A stretch of DNA of 64,000 nucleotides from Bacteroidia bacterium. Lineage in GTDB: Bacteria > Bacteroidota > Bacteroidia > UKL13-3. A program made the position numbers and the translations under genes. This document shows, in pieces, positions 40,609-50,051 of this stretch. How positions within the stretch are numbered: the stretch's first letter is position 1; each line of letters starts with the position of its first letter. The notes below the pieces were generated by a model. It did no database searches, was not told where the DNA came from, and worked only from the letters and a program-made list of their open reading frames with translations. The stretch spans positions 106,955-170,954 of the forward strand of contig JBKBLB010000002.1 of NCBI GenBank assembly GCA_046296495.1. Reading direction: 5' to 3'.

Positions 40609-41020
40609 ACAGCAATTTGGCCACTTCGTCTTCGGTAAAAAACTCCGATGCATTGGCATACTTAAGCAATACAAAATTGCTTAACGCAGTTATTTCTTTT
40701 AATGATAAGGTAGAATCTGCGGGCATGGGCAATGAATAGGATGTTCCGTTTACATTTACGTTTTCTTTTATACCGTATTTGATAACTTCAGGTAAACGGT
40801 TTTTGTTTTGCACAAGCCAGTCGCTGTTTTTTAATGGCGGAATTACTTTAGCCAATCCGGTACCATCAGGCTGATGGCAATTGGCACAATCGCGCATATA
40901 CAATTCAAACCCCAATTGCAGGTTTAGCTGAGCTCGTTTCTGGGCCTCGTTAAAATTACAACTTGTGTAACCAAGCAATGCCAACAATAAACTCAAAAAT
41001 ATTTTATAACTTAAATTCAC
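40598..41020 (-). CDS. Class I c-type cytochrome (lipoprotein).
   Basis: Signal peptide with lipobox, CANCHQPDGTG heme-binding motif and a distal Met ligand region. Confidence 0.8.
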   Translation of the reverse strand: MNLSYKIFLSLLLALLGYTSCNFNEAQKRAQLNLQLGFELYMRDCANCHQPDGTGLAKVIPPLKNSDWLVQNKNRLPEVIKYGIKENVNVNGTSYSLPMPADSTLSLKEITALSNFVLLKYANASEFFTEDEVAKLLYAR

Positions 41021-41639
41021 GTAGTAATTTAGGTATATCTTTTATTAGTTTTTCAACCTCTTTATCATTTGTGCCATCGTAAATGCCTCTAACCCTAAAC
41101 ATTGGGTCAACCAAAATTAGACCGCCACTATGCACAAACCCGCCCGGAGCGGTGCTATCAGCCATGGCGCTAACAAAATAGCCTTCTTCGGCAATTTTAT
41201 ATATGTCTTCTCGGTTGCCCCATAAAAACTGCCAGTTTTTACCGTTTGAACCAATTCTTTCTGAATAATCTTTCAGCAATGCAATTGTATCGTGCTCAGG
41301 GTCAATTGTATGAGACAGGATTGTAAAGTTGCTGTTGTTGCCAAATTTTTCATAAACCTTTATCAGGTTTTTCTTCATGATGGGGCAAATGGTAGGACAT
41401 GTAATAAAAAAGAAATCAGCTACATACACTTTGCCTTGAACCGATTTTTTGTTAACCGGAATACTATCTTGATTTAAAAATTCAAAGTCGGGGATTGTTT
41501 GGTAAATAGTTTCTTCAATTTCTTTTCCGTTTTCAATCTTTTTTTCGGTAGCTGTATTACCTAAAATTGGCAATTTATCATCGGAGCATGAAGCAAAGGC
41601 AAGTAAAAAGAGGATTGTAAAAATTAAATATTTGGGCAT
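41004..41639 (-). CDS. SCO1/SenC copper chaperone (thioredoxin-like).
   Basis: FFFITCPTICP CxxxC motif, lipoprotein signal and a conserved His near the C-terminus. Confidence 0.85.
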   Translation of the reverse strand: MPKYLIFTILFLLAFASCSDDKLPILGNTATEKKIENGKEIEETIYQTIPDFEFLNQDSIPVNKKSVQGKVYVADFFFITCPTICPIMKKNLIKVYEKFGNNSNFTILSHTIDPEHDTIALLKDYSERIGSNGKNWQFLWGNREDIYKIAEEGYFVSAMADSTAPGGFVHSGGLILVDPMFRVRGIYDGTNDKEVEKLIKDIPKLLREFKL

Positions 41640-41643
41640 TTTT

Positions 41644-42051
41644 TTATTTTAGGTTTAAAGCTTTTTCAGCTTTTTTTATTGCTTCAAAAGTAATGTTATG
41701 AACCTCGTCAATCAATAATTTTTGATTGTTTAAATAATTTATAGCAGAGTCATGTTGTAAATTTGGTTCTCGGTAATGATGCATCCAGTCAAGCATTTTA
41801 CGGTCAGCTTTATATAAAAGTGCAGAAACCATTTTTAAACTATCTGTATTAGAATTTTGCCCAATCGAATCAAGTTGGTTGTTTACCATGCGTTTTAACT
41901 TTAAAATGTAAGCGTTAAATTTCATGGCATCATCGTGCGTTTGCATAATTTGCATGCTCAATACTTTGTTTTTCTCTAATTGAATAGTAGCGTTTTTATT
42001 ATCACATGAAATTAATAATACCAATGCAATTAATGTTAAAATTCTTTTCAT
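41644..42051 (-). CDS. Hypothetical lipoprotein.
   Basis: Lipobox LLISCDN; helical; His- and Met-rich (MQTHDDAMKF, WMHHY). First gene of the SCO1/cytochrome c operon. Confidence 0.4.
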   Translation of the reverse strand: MKRILTLIALVLLISCDNKNATIQLEKNKVLSMQIMQTHDDAMKFNAYILKLKRMVNNQLDSIGQNSNTDSLKMVSALLYKADRKMLDWMHHYREPNLQHDSAINYLNNQKLLIDEVHNITFEAIKKAEKALNLK

Positions 42052-42134
42052 AAATCTAACAGCAAATATAAATTTTAGATACATTTACAATATCTTATAA
42101 TTAATATTATGTTAAATAAAGATAAGAAATAATA

Positions 42135-42156
42135 AGGAGTTAATGAAAACTCCTTA
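42135..42156 (-). terminator. Rho-independent terminator downstream of the TPR protein gene.
   Basis: AAGGAGTTaatgaaaAACTCCTT hairpin immediately 3' of the stop at 42171 on the minus strand. Confidence 0.5.
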
Positions 42157-42170
42157 TATAATTTTATAAT

Positions 42171-43553
42171 TTATAAAGACTCTCTCCTTTTTTTTACTTC
42201 TATGGTTTTCTTTTCATCGCCAAGATTGGCATAAACTTGTTGTAAACTGAAAAGAATATCATTTAGGTAAGCTTTTTTAATTTTTTTATTTTCATCATTA
42301 TCCTCAGGTTTTTGCTCGGCTAACGCTAATGCTTCATTAAAATACCCTAAGGCAATATTTAAAATGCTATCAAGTTGGGTTTTTAATGGTTTATATTTTT
42401 TGTCGTATTCTGCCTGAGTTGCTGCGGTAATATTATTTATTCTTTCAGCAATATCTGTTGTTTTGTTGTTGGTAATTGCACCAAGATTAAAATAAGCATC
42501 AATATTGGATGGTTCAAGCTCAATCACTTTAGCATAATCTGCTTCTGCTTTTTTGGTAAATTCCATTCCGCGTTTATTTAATTGATTCTCTTCGTTTTGC
42601 TTATCATTAGCTTGTTTATTCAGCATTTGTTTTTTGGCAGGGTCTTTTTCGGTTAATGCTTTTTTGCGCAATCCGGTTACGGCATCTCGAATCGTTTTTG
42701 CTTTTTTGTATTCGCTTGCTGCATAATTATCATAAACGTTTCCTCTAACAAAATAAAGAGTTGCCGTGTATGGGTCGCTTTCTATGGCAGCATTTAGTTT
42801 TTCAAGCAATATATCTTGTTTGCCTTGAGACAAATAAATGTTTAACTCGGTATTGATAATGTCTTTATTGGTTGGAAATTTTACTTTGGCTTTGTCAATA
42901 TAGCTTAGTGCAGCTGTAGTATCGCCATCTTCAAGGTTCATTACTATCATTTGAATATAAATTACTGGATCATCGTAATTTAAATTCATCAATTTATTTA
43001 TCAATTCTTTGGCTTTAGTTCTTTTATCTCCTTGTATAGCAGCATAAGCCATGTACAATACCACATTGCTTTCGGCAAGATTGTTTTTTCTTAAGTCGCC
43101 ATTTTTATCATAAGGCAAAACATCAATTACCATTTGGTAGTATTTTAAGGCTCCATCGTAATCTTTAGCTTCATAACTTTCTATGCCTTTGTTAAATGCC
43201 ATAAAGGCGCTGTTTATGATGGCCTGTTCTTTACAGTAATAAGAATATCTGTTTTTTACATCAAACTCAATACATTTTTTACATCCTTCGTGAAACTTTT
43301 CTACCAAGTTTGGTTCATTAACAATTTGGTTGAATTTTTTATTTCTTCCAATAGAATCGTAAACACTTACATAATAAAACCAGGCTTTTGCATCATTTTT
43401 GGTATCAGGGTGTTGCACGGCTTGCTCAATAGCTGTTCGGGCTTCCTCTATTTCGTTGTTTCGCAGGTAAATGGCTGCGCTTTCTACTTTACTTTTTTGC
43501 GCAGAAACAGATAGTGAGATAAATCCTGCAATAATTAAAAGTGTTTTTTTCAT
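42171..43553 (-). CDS. TPR-repeat protein with a signal peptide.
   Basis: Signal peptide (LSVSAQ) followed by repeated 34-residue helical motifs. Confidence 0.6.
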   Translation of the reverse strand: MKKTLLIIAGFISLSVSAQKSKVESAAIYLRNNEIEEARTAIEQAVQHPDTKNDAKAWFYYVSVYDSIGRNKKFNQIVNEPNLVEKFHEGCKKCIEFDVKNRYSYYCKEQAIINSAFMAFNKGIESYEAKDYDGALKYYQMVIDVLPYDKNGDLRKNNLAESNVVLYMAYAAIQGDKRTKAKELINKLMNLNYDDPVIYIQMIVMNLEDGDTTAALSYIDKAKVKFPTNKDIINTELNIYLSQGKQDILLEKLNAAIESDPYTATLYFVRGNVYDNYAASEYKKAKTIRDAVTGLRKKALTEKDPAKKQMLNKQANDKQNEENQLNKRGMEFTKKAEADYAKVIELEPSNIDAYFNLGAITNNKTTDIAERINNITAATQAEYDKKYKPLKTQLDSILNIALGYFNEALALAEQKPEDNDENKKIKKAYLNDILFSLQQVYANLGDEKKTIEVKKRRESL

Positions 43554-43647
43554 ATATTTTTTAAGTTTGAAATTAAATTAAGCAAAAATAACAATGGGTT
43601 TATATTAATATATATTAAATTTTATGCCAATTTAGTTTAGTTTATGT

Positions 43648-44439
43648 TTATGTGTTGTTTTTACCTGTGTTTGACATGGATAGTTTTATACGGGTAAGCT
43701 TTCGCTTAGTATCTTCCGAAAAATCGCTTTGTAAAATCCAGTCGTAATAAGCGGGTTCTTCTTTTAAAACTGTTTTTACAAGCTTACCTCTATGTTTGCC
43801 AAAATTAAAAACAGGCTCCCCCCTTTCATTTAATACCATTCTACCGGCCAAATCAACCAACTTATCCTGACCGCTTAGTTTGTGAACTTCATCAAGGTTG
43901 TTATTTAATTGGGGGTATTTGTGCATTTGAGCCAACAACACTTCTAGTGTAGCACGTGTATCGGCCATGGCGCTATGGGCATTTTCCAGGGTTTTGTTGC
44001 AATAAAATTTATAAGCTGCCGATAGTGTTCTGGGTTCAAACATATGAAAAATTCGTTGTGCGTCAATAAAGCGTTTTCCGTCTGTTTCAAAATCAACTCC
44101 GGCTCTTAAAAACTCTTCAACCAAAAGCGGAAAATCGAATTTATTGGAGTTAAAGCCTGCAATATCACAACCTGTAAAAAATTTTGCAATTTCGGCTGCC
44201 TTAGACTTAAAGGTAGGTTTATCTTTTACATCTTCATCGGAAATACCATGTATGGCTGTAGCTTCGGCAGGTATCGGAATTTCAGGGTTAAAAACAAAAT
44301 GCCTCTCTTCAGTAGAATTGTTGGTATGTATTTTAATTACGGCTAATTCAATAATTCTGTCTATGGTTATACTTGTTCCGGTGGTTTCAATATCAAAAAC
44401 CACAAGCGGTCTTTTTAGCTGTAGTTGTATCAAAGCCAA
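43648..44439 (-). CDS. DEDDh 3'-5' exonuclease (DnaQ/epsilon-like) with a C-terminal extension.
   Basis: Exo I motif VVFDIETTG, Exo II GFNSNKFDFPLL and Exo III HSAMADT. Confidence 0.85.
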   Translation of the reverse strand: MALIQLQLKRPLVVFDIETTGTSITIDRIIELAVIKIHTNNSTEERHFVFNPEIPIPAEATAIHGISDEDVKDKPTFKSKAAEIAKFFTGCDIAGFNSNKFDFPLLVEEFLRAGVDFETDGKRFIDAQRIFHMFEPRTLSAAYKFYCNKTLENAHSAMADTRATLEVLLAQMHKYPQLNNNLDEVHKLSGQDKLVDLAGRMVLNERGEPVFNFGKHRGKLVKTVLKEEPAYYDWILQSDFSEDTKRKLTRIKLSMSNTGKNNT

Positions 44440-44445
44440 AATAAA

Positions 44446-45033
44446 TTAAAATCTATCATCATCAACCCCATCCTCTCCACCTTCTCCATTATCAAATAAT
44501 CCAAATTCATCAGCTTCTTCATCGCTTATTTCACCACCTTCTTCATCGCTTACATTAAGGTATTTTTTTGCAATTTCTTCAAACTCGTCATCTTCTATCA
44601 TACCAAATTTTTGAACCTTATCGTATTGTTTTGGGGCCAAACCAATTGATTTGCTTAAAAAAGGATATTTTTTATCTTTTTCTTCTTTTACAATACCTGT
44701 TAGTTCTATATAAAAAGTCCAACATTCTATAAAATCGTAAACGTAAAGTATTTTCTGATGGGGATCATCAACAAACTGGCTAAGCTTACAATTAGCCATT
44801 GTTTTTATTGGATTTTCAGGGTCTTCGGTCATGTCCTCGAGGGTTATTTCCTCTCCTTTTTTCCAAGTATCGTTGCTCATATAAAATGAGGCCAACTGCT
44901 TACTATCAAAACCAATTGCCGATAGAATTGCATGGTGAAAATCAAGGAATGTTTGGGTTGATTTAATATCAATAACCCTTACTACATCCTCGTATTCTTC
45001 AAAAGTTACTTTAAATCTGTAAACTGCTGCCAT
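44446..45033 (-). CDS. pRiA4b ORF-3-like (PF07929) domain protein with an acidic C-terminal tail.
   Basis: YRFKVTFEEYEDVVRVIDIKSTQTFLDFHHAILSAIGFD follows the PRiA4_ORF3 pattern. The C-terminus is D/E-rich. Confidence 0.55.
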   Translation of the reverse strand: MAAVYRFKVTFEEYEDVVRVIDIKSTQTFLDFHHAILSAIGFDSKQLASFYMSNDTWKKGEEITLEDMTEDPENPIKTMANCKLSQFVDDPHQKILYVYDFIECWTFYIELTGIVKEEKDKKYPFLSKSIGLAPKQYDKVQKFGMIEDDEFEEIAKKYLNVSDEEGGEISDEEADEFGLFDNGEGGEDGVDDDRF

Positions 45034-45154
45034 TTTTAATTTATATGTGTGCGAATTTCTACAAATAGGTTGTTTTTAAAAATAAATTTTAACGATGAAT
45101 AATAAATTTAATGATGAAGGTTTAAATTATATATGATGAACATTTGTATAAAAA

Positions 45155-46561
45155 TTAATTTGGGTTTAAATTGTGTTCAAGACCTTTTTTAAGCATATAC
45201 TCGTAAGCTTCATTGAAATTATTGCCAATAATTCCATCTAAAATAGCTTCTCTCACGGCATTTTTTATCAACCCAACCTCTTTGCCGGGGCCAATATTAA
45301 AAGTTTGCATAATAATTTCTCCGGTAATGGGTGGTTGCCAGTTTCGCAAAGCATCTCTTTCTGCAACTTCATCAACAAGTGATTCAACTTTTTTTAAGTT
45401 TTCTCTGTATTGAGCAATTTTTTCGGGCTTGCTACTGGTCATGTCTGCTCGGCAAAGCGTAAACAAATCGGCTAAATCTTCACCTGCATCTACTACCAAT
45501 CTCCTTATGGCACTATCGGTTATACCTTCGCTTGCAAGGGCTTTTGGCCTGTGGTGTAAAGCAACCAACTTTTGCACATAAGTCATTTTTTCGTTTAATG
45601 GGAGTTTTAAATTTCTGAAAATGGCGGGAATCATTTTACAACCCCGGTCTTCATGGCCATGAAAGGTCCACCCCCCTTCTGATGCTATAAAACGCTTGGT
45701 TTTGGGTTTACCAATATCATGTAGCAAGGCTGACCACCTTAGCCAAAGGTTATTGGTTTCAAGGCTAATATTATCTACAACCAATAAAGTATGATAAAAA
45801 TTATCTTTATGTGCCTTGCCTTCCTTTACCTCTACACCATGCAGGGCATATAATTCGGGAAAAATTAATTTAAGCAATCCGCTATTAAACAACAATTTAA
45901 AACCAATTGAAGGCTTTGGGGAAAGTATAATTTTATTCAATTCATCAGCAATTCGCTCTTTGCTTATTATTTTAATTCGCTCTTTAGTATTTACTATTCC
46001 GGTATATGTTTCGGGTTCAATTGTAAATCCAAGTTGTGCAGCGAAACGAATGGCACGCATCATGCGCAAAGGGTCGTCACTAAATGTTTTTTCGGGGTTT
46101 AAAGGTGTTTTTATAATTTTATCTTTCAAATGCTTTTGTCCATCAAAAGGGTCAATTAATTCTCCAAAATTCTCAGGATTAAGGCTAATAGCAAGGGCAT
46201 TTATAGTAAAATCTCTTCTCAACTGATCATCGGTAATGCTGCCTGTTTCAACTGCCGGTTTTCGGCTGTTTTCGCTATAACTCTCTTTTCTGGCCCCTAC
46301 AAACTCAACTTCAAGTTCAGGTGTTTTTACCATTGCGGTACCAAATGTTTTAAATACTGATATTTTGCTGCCTTTCACAGTTTGAGCGTAAGCTTTAGCA
46401 AATTCAATTCCACTTCCGGCTACTACAATATCTATATCTTTTACTTGGCGGCCCAGCAGCAAATCTCGCACAAAACCACCCACCAAATATGCAGGCGTAT
46501 TTGTTTTTTGAACCAAATTGCGAATTGACAGGAAAAAAGGCTGCTCTAAAATGGTGAACAC
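45155..46561 (-). CDS. cca: CCA-adding tRNA nucleotidyltransferase / poly(A) polymerase-family protein with an HD domain.
   Basis: YLVGGFVRDLLLGR...DIDIVV head-domain motif and an HD motif (HDIGK). Confidence 0.85.
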   Translation of the reverse strand: MFTILEQPFFLSIRNLVQKTNTPAYLVGGFVRDLLLGRQVKDIDIVVAGSGIEFAKAYAQTVKGSKISVFKTFGTAMVKTPELEVEFVGARKESYSENSRKPAVETGSITDDQLRRDFTINALAISLNPENFGELIDPFDGQKHLKDKIIKTPLNPEKTFSDDPLRMMRAIRFAAQLGFTIEPETYTGIVNTKERIKIISKERIADELNKIILSPKPSIGFKLLFNSGLLKLIFPELYALHGVEVKEGKAHKDNFYHTLLVVDNISLETNNLWLRWSALLHDIGKPKTKRFIASEGGWTFHGHEDRGCKMIPAIFRNLKLPLNEKMTYVQKLVALHHRPKALASEGITDSAIRRLVVDAGEDLADLFTLCRADMTSSKPEKIAQYRENLKKVESLVDEVAERDALRNWQPPITGEIIMQTFNIGPGKEVGLIKNAVREAILDGIIGNNFNEAYEYMLKKGLEHNLNPN

Positions 46562-46608
46562 TTTTGCAAATAAATATTATTTAAATGGCGAAAAATACAA
46601 AAATAAAA

Positions 46609-46629
46609 AGGCCGGCTTTTGCCGACCTT
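46609..46629 (-). terminator. Rho-independent terminator after rplT, at the end of the thrS-infC-rpmI-rplT operon.
   Basis: aaaGGTCGGCaaaaGCCGGCCttttt on the minus strand, 30 nt past the rplT stop. Confidence 0.65.
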
Positions 46630-46658
46630 TTATAAAACCGTAAAACAGGGTTAAACAT

Positions 46659-47003
46659 TTATTTTACCAAATCTACAATTGCTTTAAATGTCTCAGGGTG
46701 ATTCATGGCCATATCGGCTAAAACCTTACGGTTTAAACCTAAGCCTTTTTTATGAACCAAACCCATAAAAGCACTATAACTTAAACCATGCTGACGTGCG
46801 CCTGCATTGATACGCAAAATCCAAAGTGAGCGAAAATTGCGTTTTTTGGTTTTTCTGTCGCGGTAAGCATATTGCAAGCCTTTATCAATGGTATGCTTGG
46901 CTACCGTTAGTACATTTTTGCGTTTACCCCAATAGCCTTTGGCTAATTTTAAGAGTTTTTTTCTGCGGGCACGGCTGGCTACAGAATTGACTGAACGTGG
47001 CAT
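46659..47003 (-). CDS. rplT: 50S ribosomal protein L20.
   Basis: [15 protein letters not shown]...R signature; 114 aa. Confidence 0.95.
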   Translation of the reverse strand: MPRSVNSVASRARRKKLLKLAKGYWGKRKNVLTVAKHTIDKGLQYAYRDRKTKKRNFRSLWILRINAGARQHGLSYSAFMGLVHKKGLGLNRKVLADMAMNHPETFKAIVDLVK

Positions 47004-47122
47004 ATTTTTTTCCTTTCTTGTTTTTTTGAACCTAAGCGCCCCAATTATGGGAACTTTTTGAGCTATGGTTCGGGTTAATTTAAAACCGCAACTTTACGGC
47101 AGTTGCAAAAAGCCGAGCCTTT

Positions 47123-47323
47123 TTATTTACCTATGGCCAACAGGTTTTTAACCAATCCCATATCAGCATCGCTAACTACTACCATTTTGGTTAAAGCGCG
47201 TTTTTGTTTGGTTGTTTTTTTGGTTAAAATGTGGTTTTTAAATGCCTGCGCGCGTTTTATTTTACCACTAGGGGTTACTTTAAAACGTTTTTTGGCGGCA
47301 CTGTTTGTTTTCATTTTAGGCAT
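47123..47323 (-). CDS. rpmI: 50S ribosomal protein L35.
   Basis: [24 protein letters not shown]; 66 aa. Confidence 0.95.
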   Translation of the reverse strand: MPKMKTNSAAKKRFKVTPSGKIKRAQAFKNHILTKKTTKQKRALTKMVVVSDADMGLVKNLLAIGK

Positions 47324-47364
47324 GTTCCTAAATTCTCCTTTATTATTTGTTGTTTTACGGTTTT

Positions 47365-47949
47365 TTATTTTTTGGGCTTTGGGTTCATTAATAAAAACAT
47401 TTTTTTACCCTCAAGCTTAGGCAGTTGCTCTACTTTTCCAATATCTTTTAGCCTGTCGGCTAATTGCAAAAGCAGTACTTCTCCCCTTTCTTTATAAACA
47501 ATAGAGCGACCTTTAAAAAAAACAAAAGCCCTTACTTTATGACCTTCGTTTAAAAAATTTTCGGCATGTTTTAGTTTAAACTCAAAATCATGCTCATCGG
47601 TATTAGGGCCAAAACGTATTTCTTTTACATCTTGCTTTACCTGATTGGCCTTTAGCTCTTTCTTTTTCTTTTTTTGTTCGTATAAAAACTTTTTATAATC
47701 AACAACTTTACAAACCGGTGGGTTTGCATTGGGCGATATTTCAACCAAATCAAGTTCTAATTCTTCGGCAATTTGTAAGGCTTTATCAATCGGATAAACG
47801 CCTTGTTCAATATTGTCTCCTACTAATCTAACCTCACTTGCTGTAATTAATTCATTTATTTTGTGTTCAGCTTCAGTTATTCTGCCTCTTTTTTGGTAAG
47901 GCGGTTTGGTTTGCGGGTTTGTTAGTTTTTGGTTTTCGGGTGCTGCCAA
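47365..47949 (-). CDS. infC: Translation initiation factor IF-3.
   Basis: [15 protein letters not shown]...[23 protein letters not shown]. The N-terminal extent is uncertain because IF-3 genes often use atypical starts; the longest ORF begins at a TTG. Confidence 0.85.
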   Translation of the reverse strand: MAAPENQKLTNPQTKPPYQKRGRITEAEHKINELITASEVRLVGDNIEQGVYPIDKALQIAEELELDLVEISPNANPPVCKVVDYKKFLYEQKKKKKELKANQVKQDVKEIRFGPNTDEHDFEFKLKHAENFLNEGHKVRAFVFFKGRSIVYKERGEVLLLQLADRLKDIGKVEQLPKLEGKKMFLLMNPKPKK

Positions 47950-47958
47950 GTATATTTT

Positions 47959-49899
47959 TTAATTTAGTTTTAGTTTTAGTTGGTTTTTAAAGTTTTTTAT
48001 AAAATCGCCAATGCTTTCTTTGCCTTTATCTCCTTCTCCATGAAAACGAACCGAAACCTCTTCGTTTTGCATTTCTTGCTCGCCAACAATAAGCATTACA
48101 GGTATTTTTTTCATTTCTGCATCACGAATTTTTTTTCCAATTTTTTCGTTTCTTGCATCAAATGAGGCGCGAATATCTGCTTTTTGTAGCAATTGTGCAA
48201 CTTTTTGAGCATAAGGAGTGTATTTATCGCTAATTGGCAATACCTCTACTTGTTTAGGAGCAAGCCATGTTGGTAAATTCCCGGCATAGTGTTCAAGCAA
48301 AAAGCCAATAAAACGCTCGTGTGTGCTAAGCGGAGCCCTATGAATAATAATTGGCCTTTCTTTCTCGTTTTTTTCGTTTGTAAAATATAAATCAAATCGC
48401 TCGGCCTGGGCAAAATCAACCTGATTAGTAGCCAAAGTAAACTCCCTGCCAATAGCACTGTAAATTTGTATATCAATTTTTGGCCCGTAAAATGCAGCTT
48501 CGTCTTCCACCTCAACAAAATTTACTCCAAGATTAACTAAAACTTTGCGTACCATGTTTTCGGTTTTTTCCCAAAGTTCGGGGGCGTTTATATATTTCTG
48601 ACCCAATTTTGATGGCTCGTGCTTGCTGAAGCGCATAACATATTTGTCAATTCCAAACACATCAAAATATTTAAGATAAAGGTCGTTTACTTTTTTAAAT
48701 TCTTCTTCAAACTGCGCTTCGGTACAATAAATATGTGCATCGTTCATTTGCAAACTCCGAACTCGCATTAATCCGAATAATTCGCCACTTTGCTCATACC
48801 TGTAGCAAGTGCCATATTCTGCATATCTTAAAGGCAAATCGCGGTAACTTTTTGGTGTTGCTGCAAATATTTTATGGTGGTGCGGGCAATTCATGGCCTT
48901 AAGGTAATACCGGTCTCCATCAATTTCCATGGCCGGAAACATACTTTCTTTGTAGTATGGAAGATGCCCGCTTTTAATGTACATACTTTCTTTGGCAATA
49001 TGCGGAGATTTTACTCGAACATAGCCTGCTTCGGCTTCGGTTTTTTTTGCAAATGCTTCTAGTTGTTCGATAATTGCAGCACCATTTGGCAACCAAAGAG
49101 GTAGGCCCGGCCCTACATCATCATCAAAGGTAAAAATTTCGAGTTCTTTGCCTAGTTTTCGGTGGTCGCGCTTTTTAGCTTCCTCCAACATGGCAAGGTA
49201 TTCGTCCATCTCAGCTTTTTTAGGAAATGTAATTCCGTAAATTCTGGTTAATTGTTTGTTTTTTTCGTCACCACGCCAGTAGGCTCCGGCAACCGATGTG
49301 AGTTTTATTGCTTTTATAAAACCGGTATGAGGTATGTGTGGCCCACGGCATAAATCGGTAAAGTTACCCTGCTTATAAAATGTAATTTCTCCATCATTAA
49401 GCCCTTCTATTAATTCAAGCTTGTATTCATCACCTTTTCGTGTAAAATAATCAATGGCATCGGCTTTGCTAACTTCAGTTCTTTTATAAGAATTATTTTG
49501 TTTAGCCAATTCAACCATTTTGTCTTCCACTTTTTTTAAATCATCGGTTGAAAAAGCTTTTCCATTAAAATCTACATCGTAATAAAAGCCATTTTCAATT
49601 GGTGGGCCAATACCAAATTTTATGCCTGGATATAAAGCTTCTAGAGCTTCTGCCATAAGGTGGGCGCTGCTGTGCCACATGGTTGATTTCCCCTCTTTAT
49701 CGTTCCATGTTAAAAGTTGTAATGAGGCATCTTGGTTTATAGGCAAGGTTGCATCAGTAACAATGTTATTTACTTTGGCAGCTAATACATTTCGGGCTAA
49801 ACCTTCACTTATTGATTTTGCAATTTCCAGAGCGGTAATTCCCCGTTCATACGAACGAACGGAACCGTCAGGCAATGTAATATTTATCATATTTTGCAA
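47959..49899 (-). CDS. thrS: Threonyl-tRNA synthetase.
   Basis: TGS/N2 domain, class II catalytic core (HRAPLSTHERFIGFL zinc site) and a C-terminal anticodon-binding domain; 646 aa. Confidence 0.95.
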   Translation of the reverse strand: MQNMINITLPDGSVRSYERGITALEIAKSISEGLARNVLAAKVNNIVTDATLPINQDASLQLLTWNDKEGKSTMWHSSAHLMAEALEALYPGIKFGIGPPIENGFYYDVDFNGKAFSTDDLKKVEDKMVELAKQNNSYKRTEVSKADAIDYFTRKGDEYKLELIEGLNDGEITFYKQGNFTDLCRGPHIPHTGFIKAIKLTSVAGAYWRGDEKNKQLTRIYGITFPKKAEMDEYLAMLEEAKKRDHRKLGKELEIFTFDDDVGPGLPLWLPNGAAIIEQLEAFAKKTEAEAGYVRVKSPHIAKESMYIKSGHLPYYKESMFPAMEIDGDRYYLKAMNCPHHHKIFAATPKSYRDLPLRYAEYGTCYRYEQSGELFGLMRVRSLQMNDAHIYCTEAQFEEEFKKVNDLYLKYFDVFGIDKYVMRFSKHEPSKLGQKYINAPELWEKTENMVRKVLVNLGVNFVEVEDEAAFYGPKIDIQIYSAIGREFTLATNQVDFAQAERFDLYFTNEKNEKERPIIIHRAPLSTHERFIGFLLEHYAGNLPTWLAPKQVEVLPISDKYTPYAQKVAQLLQKADIRASFDARNEKIGKKIRDAEMKKIPVMLIVGEQEMQNEEVSVRFHGEGDKGKESIGDFIKNFKNQLKLKLN

Positions 49900-50051
49900 A
49901 TTAAATGATAGTATTGTTTGATTGCTAATTTTTTACAAAAAAACTATTCCACAATTCAGAAATAGAAACTTACGTGTTTGATATTGAAAAGTAAATTTTG
50001 GCAATGTAATTTAGGACTTAGTTAATGTTTTAATCTTTTTTGATAGTTTTT

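Noticed and set aside
47004-47122. The rpmI-rplT intergenic hairpin (GCAACTgccgtaaAGTTGC) as a novel element.
   Set aside because: It is consistent with the well-known L20-dependent autoregulatory and attenuator structures of the infC-rpmI-rplT operon, so it is not novel.
49900-50051. T-box or other leader-type regulatory RNA upstream of thrS and upstream of leuS (53473-53606).
   Set aside because: No specifier-loop or T-box (AGGGUGGNACCGCG-type) sequence is present, and the leaders are short and AT-rich. Bacteroidota generally lack T-box elements.
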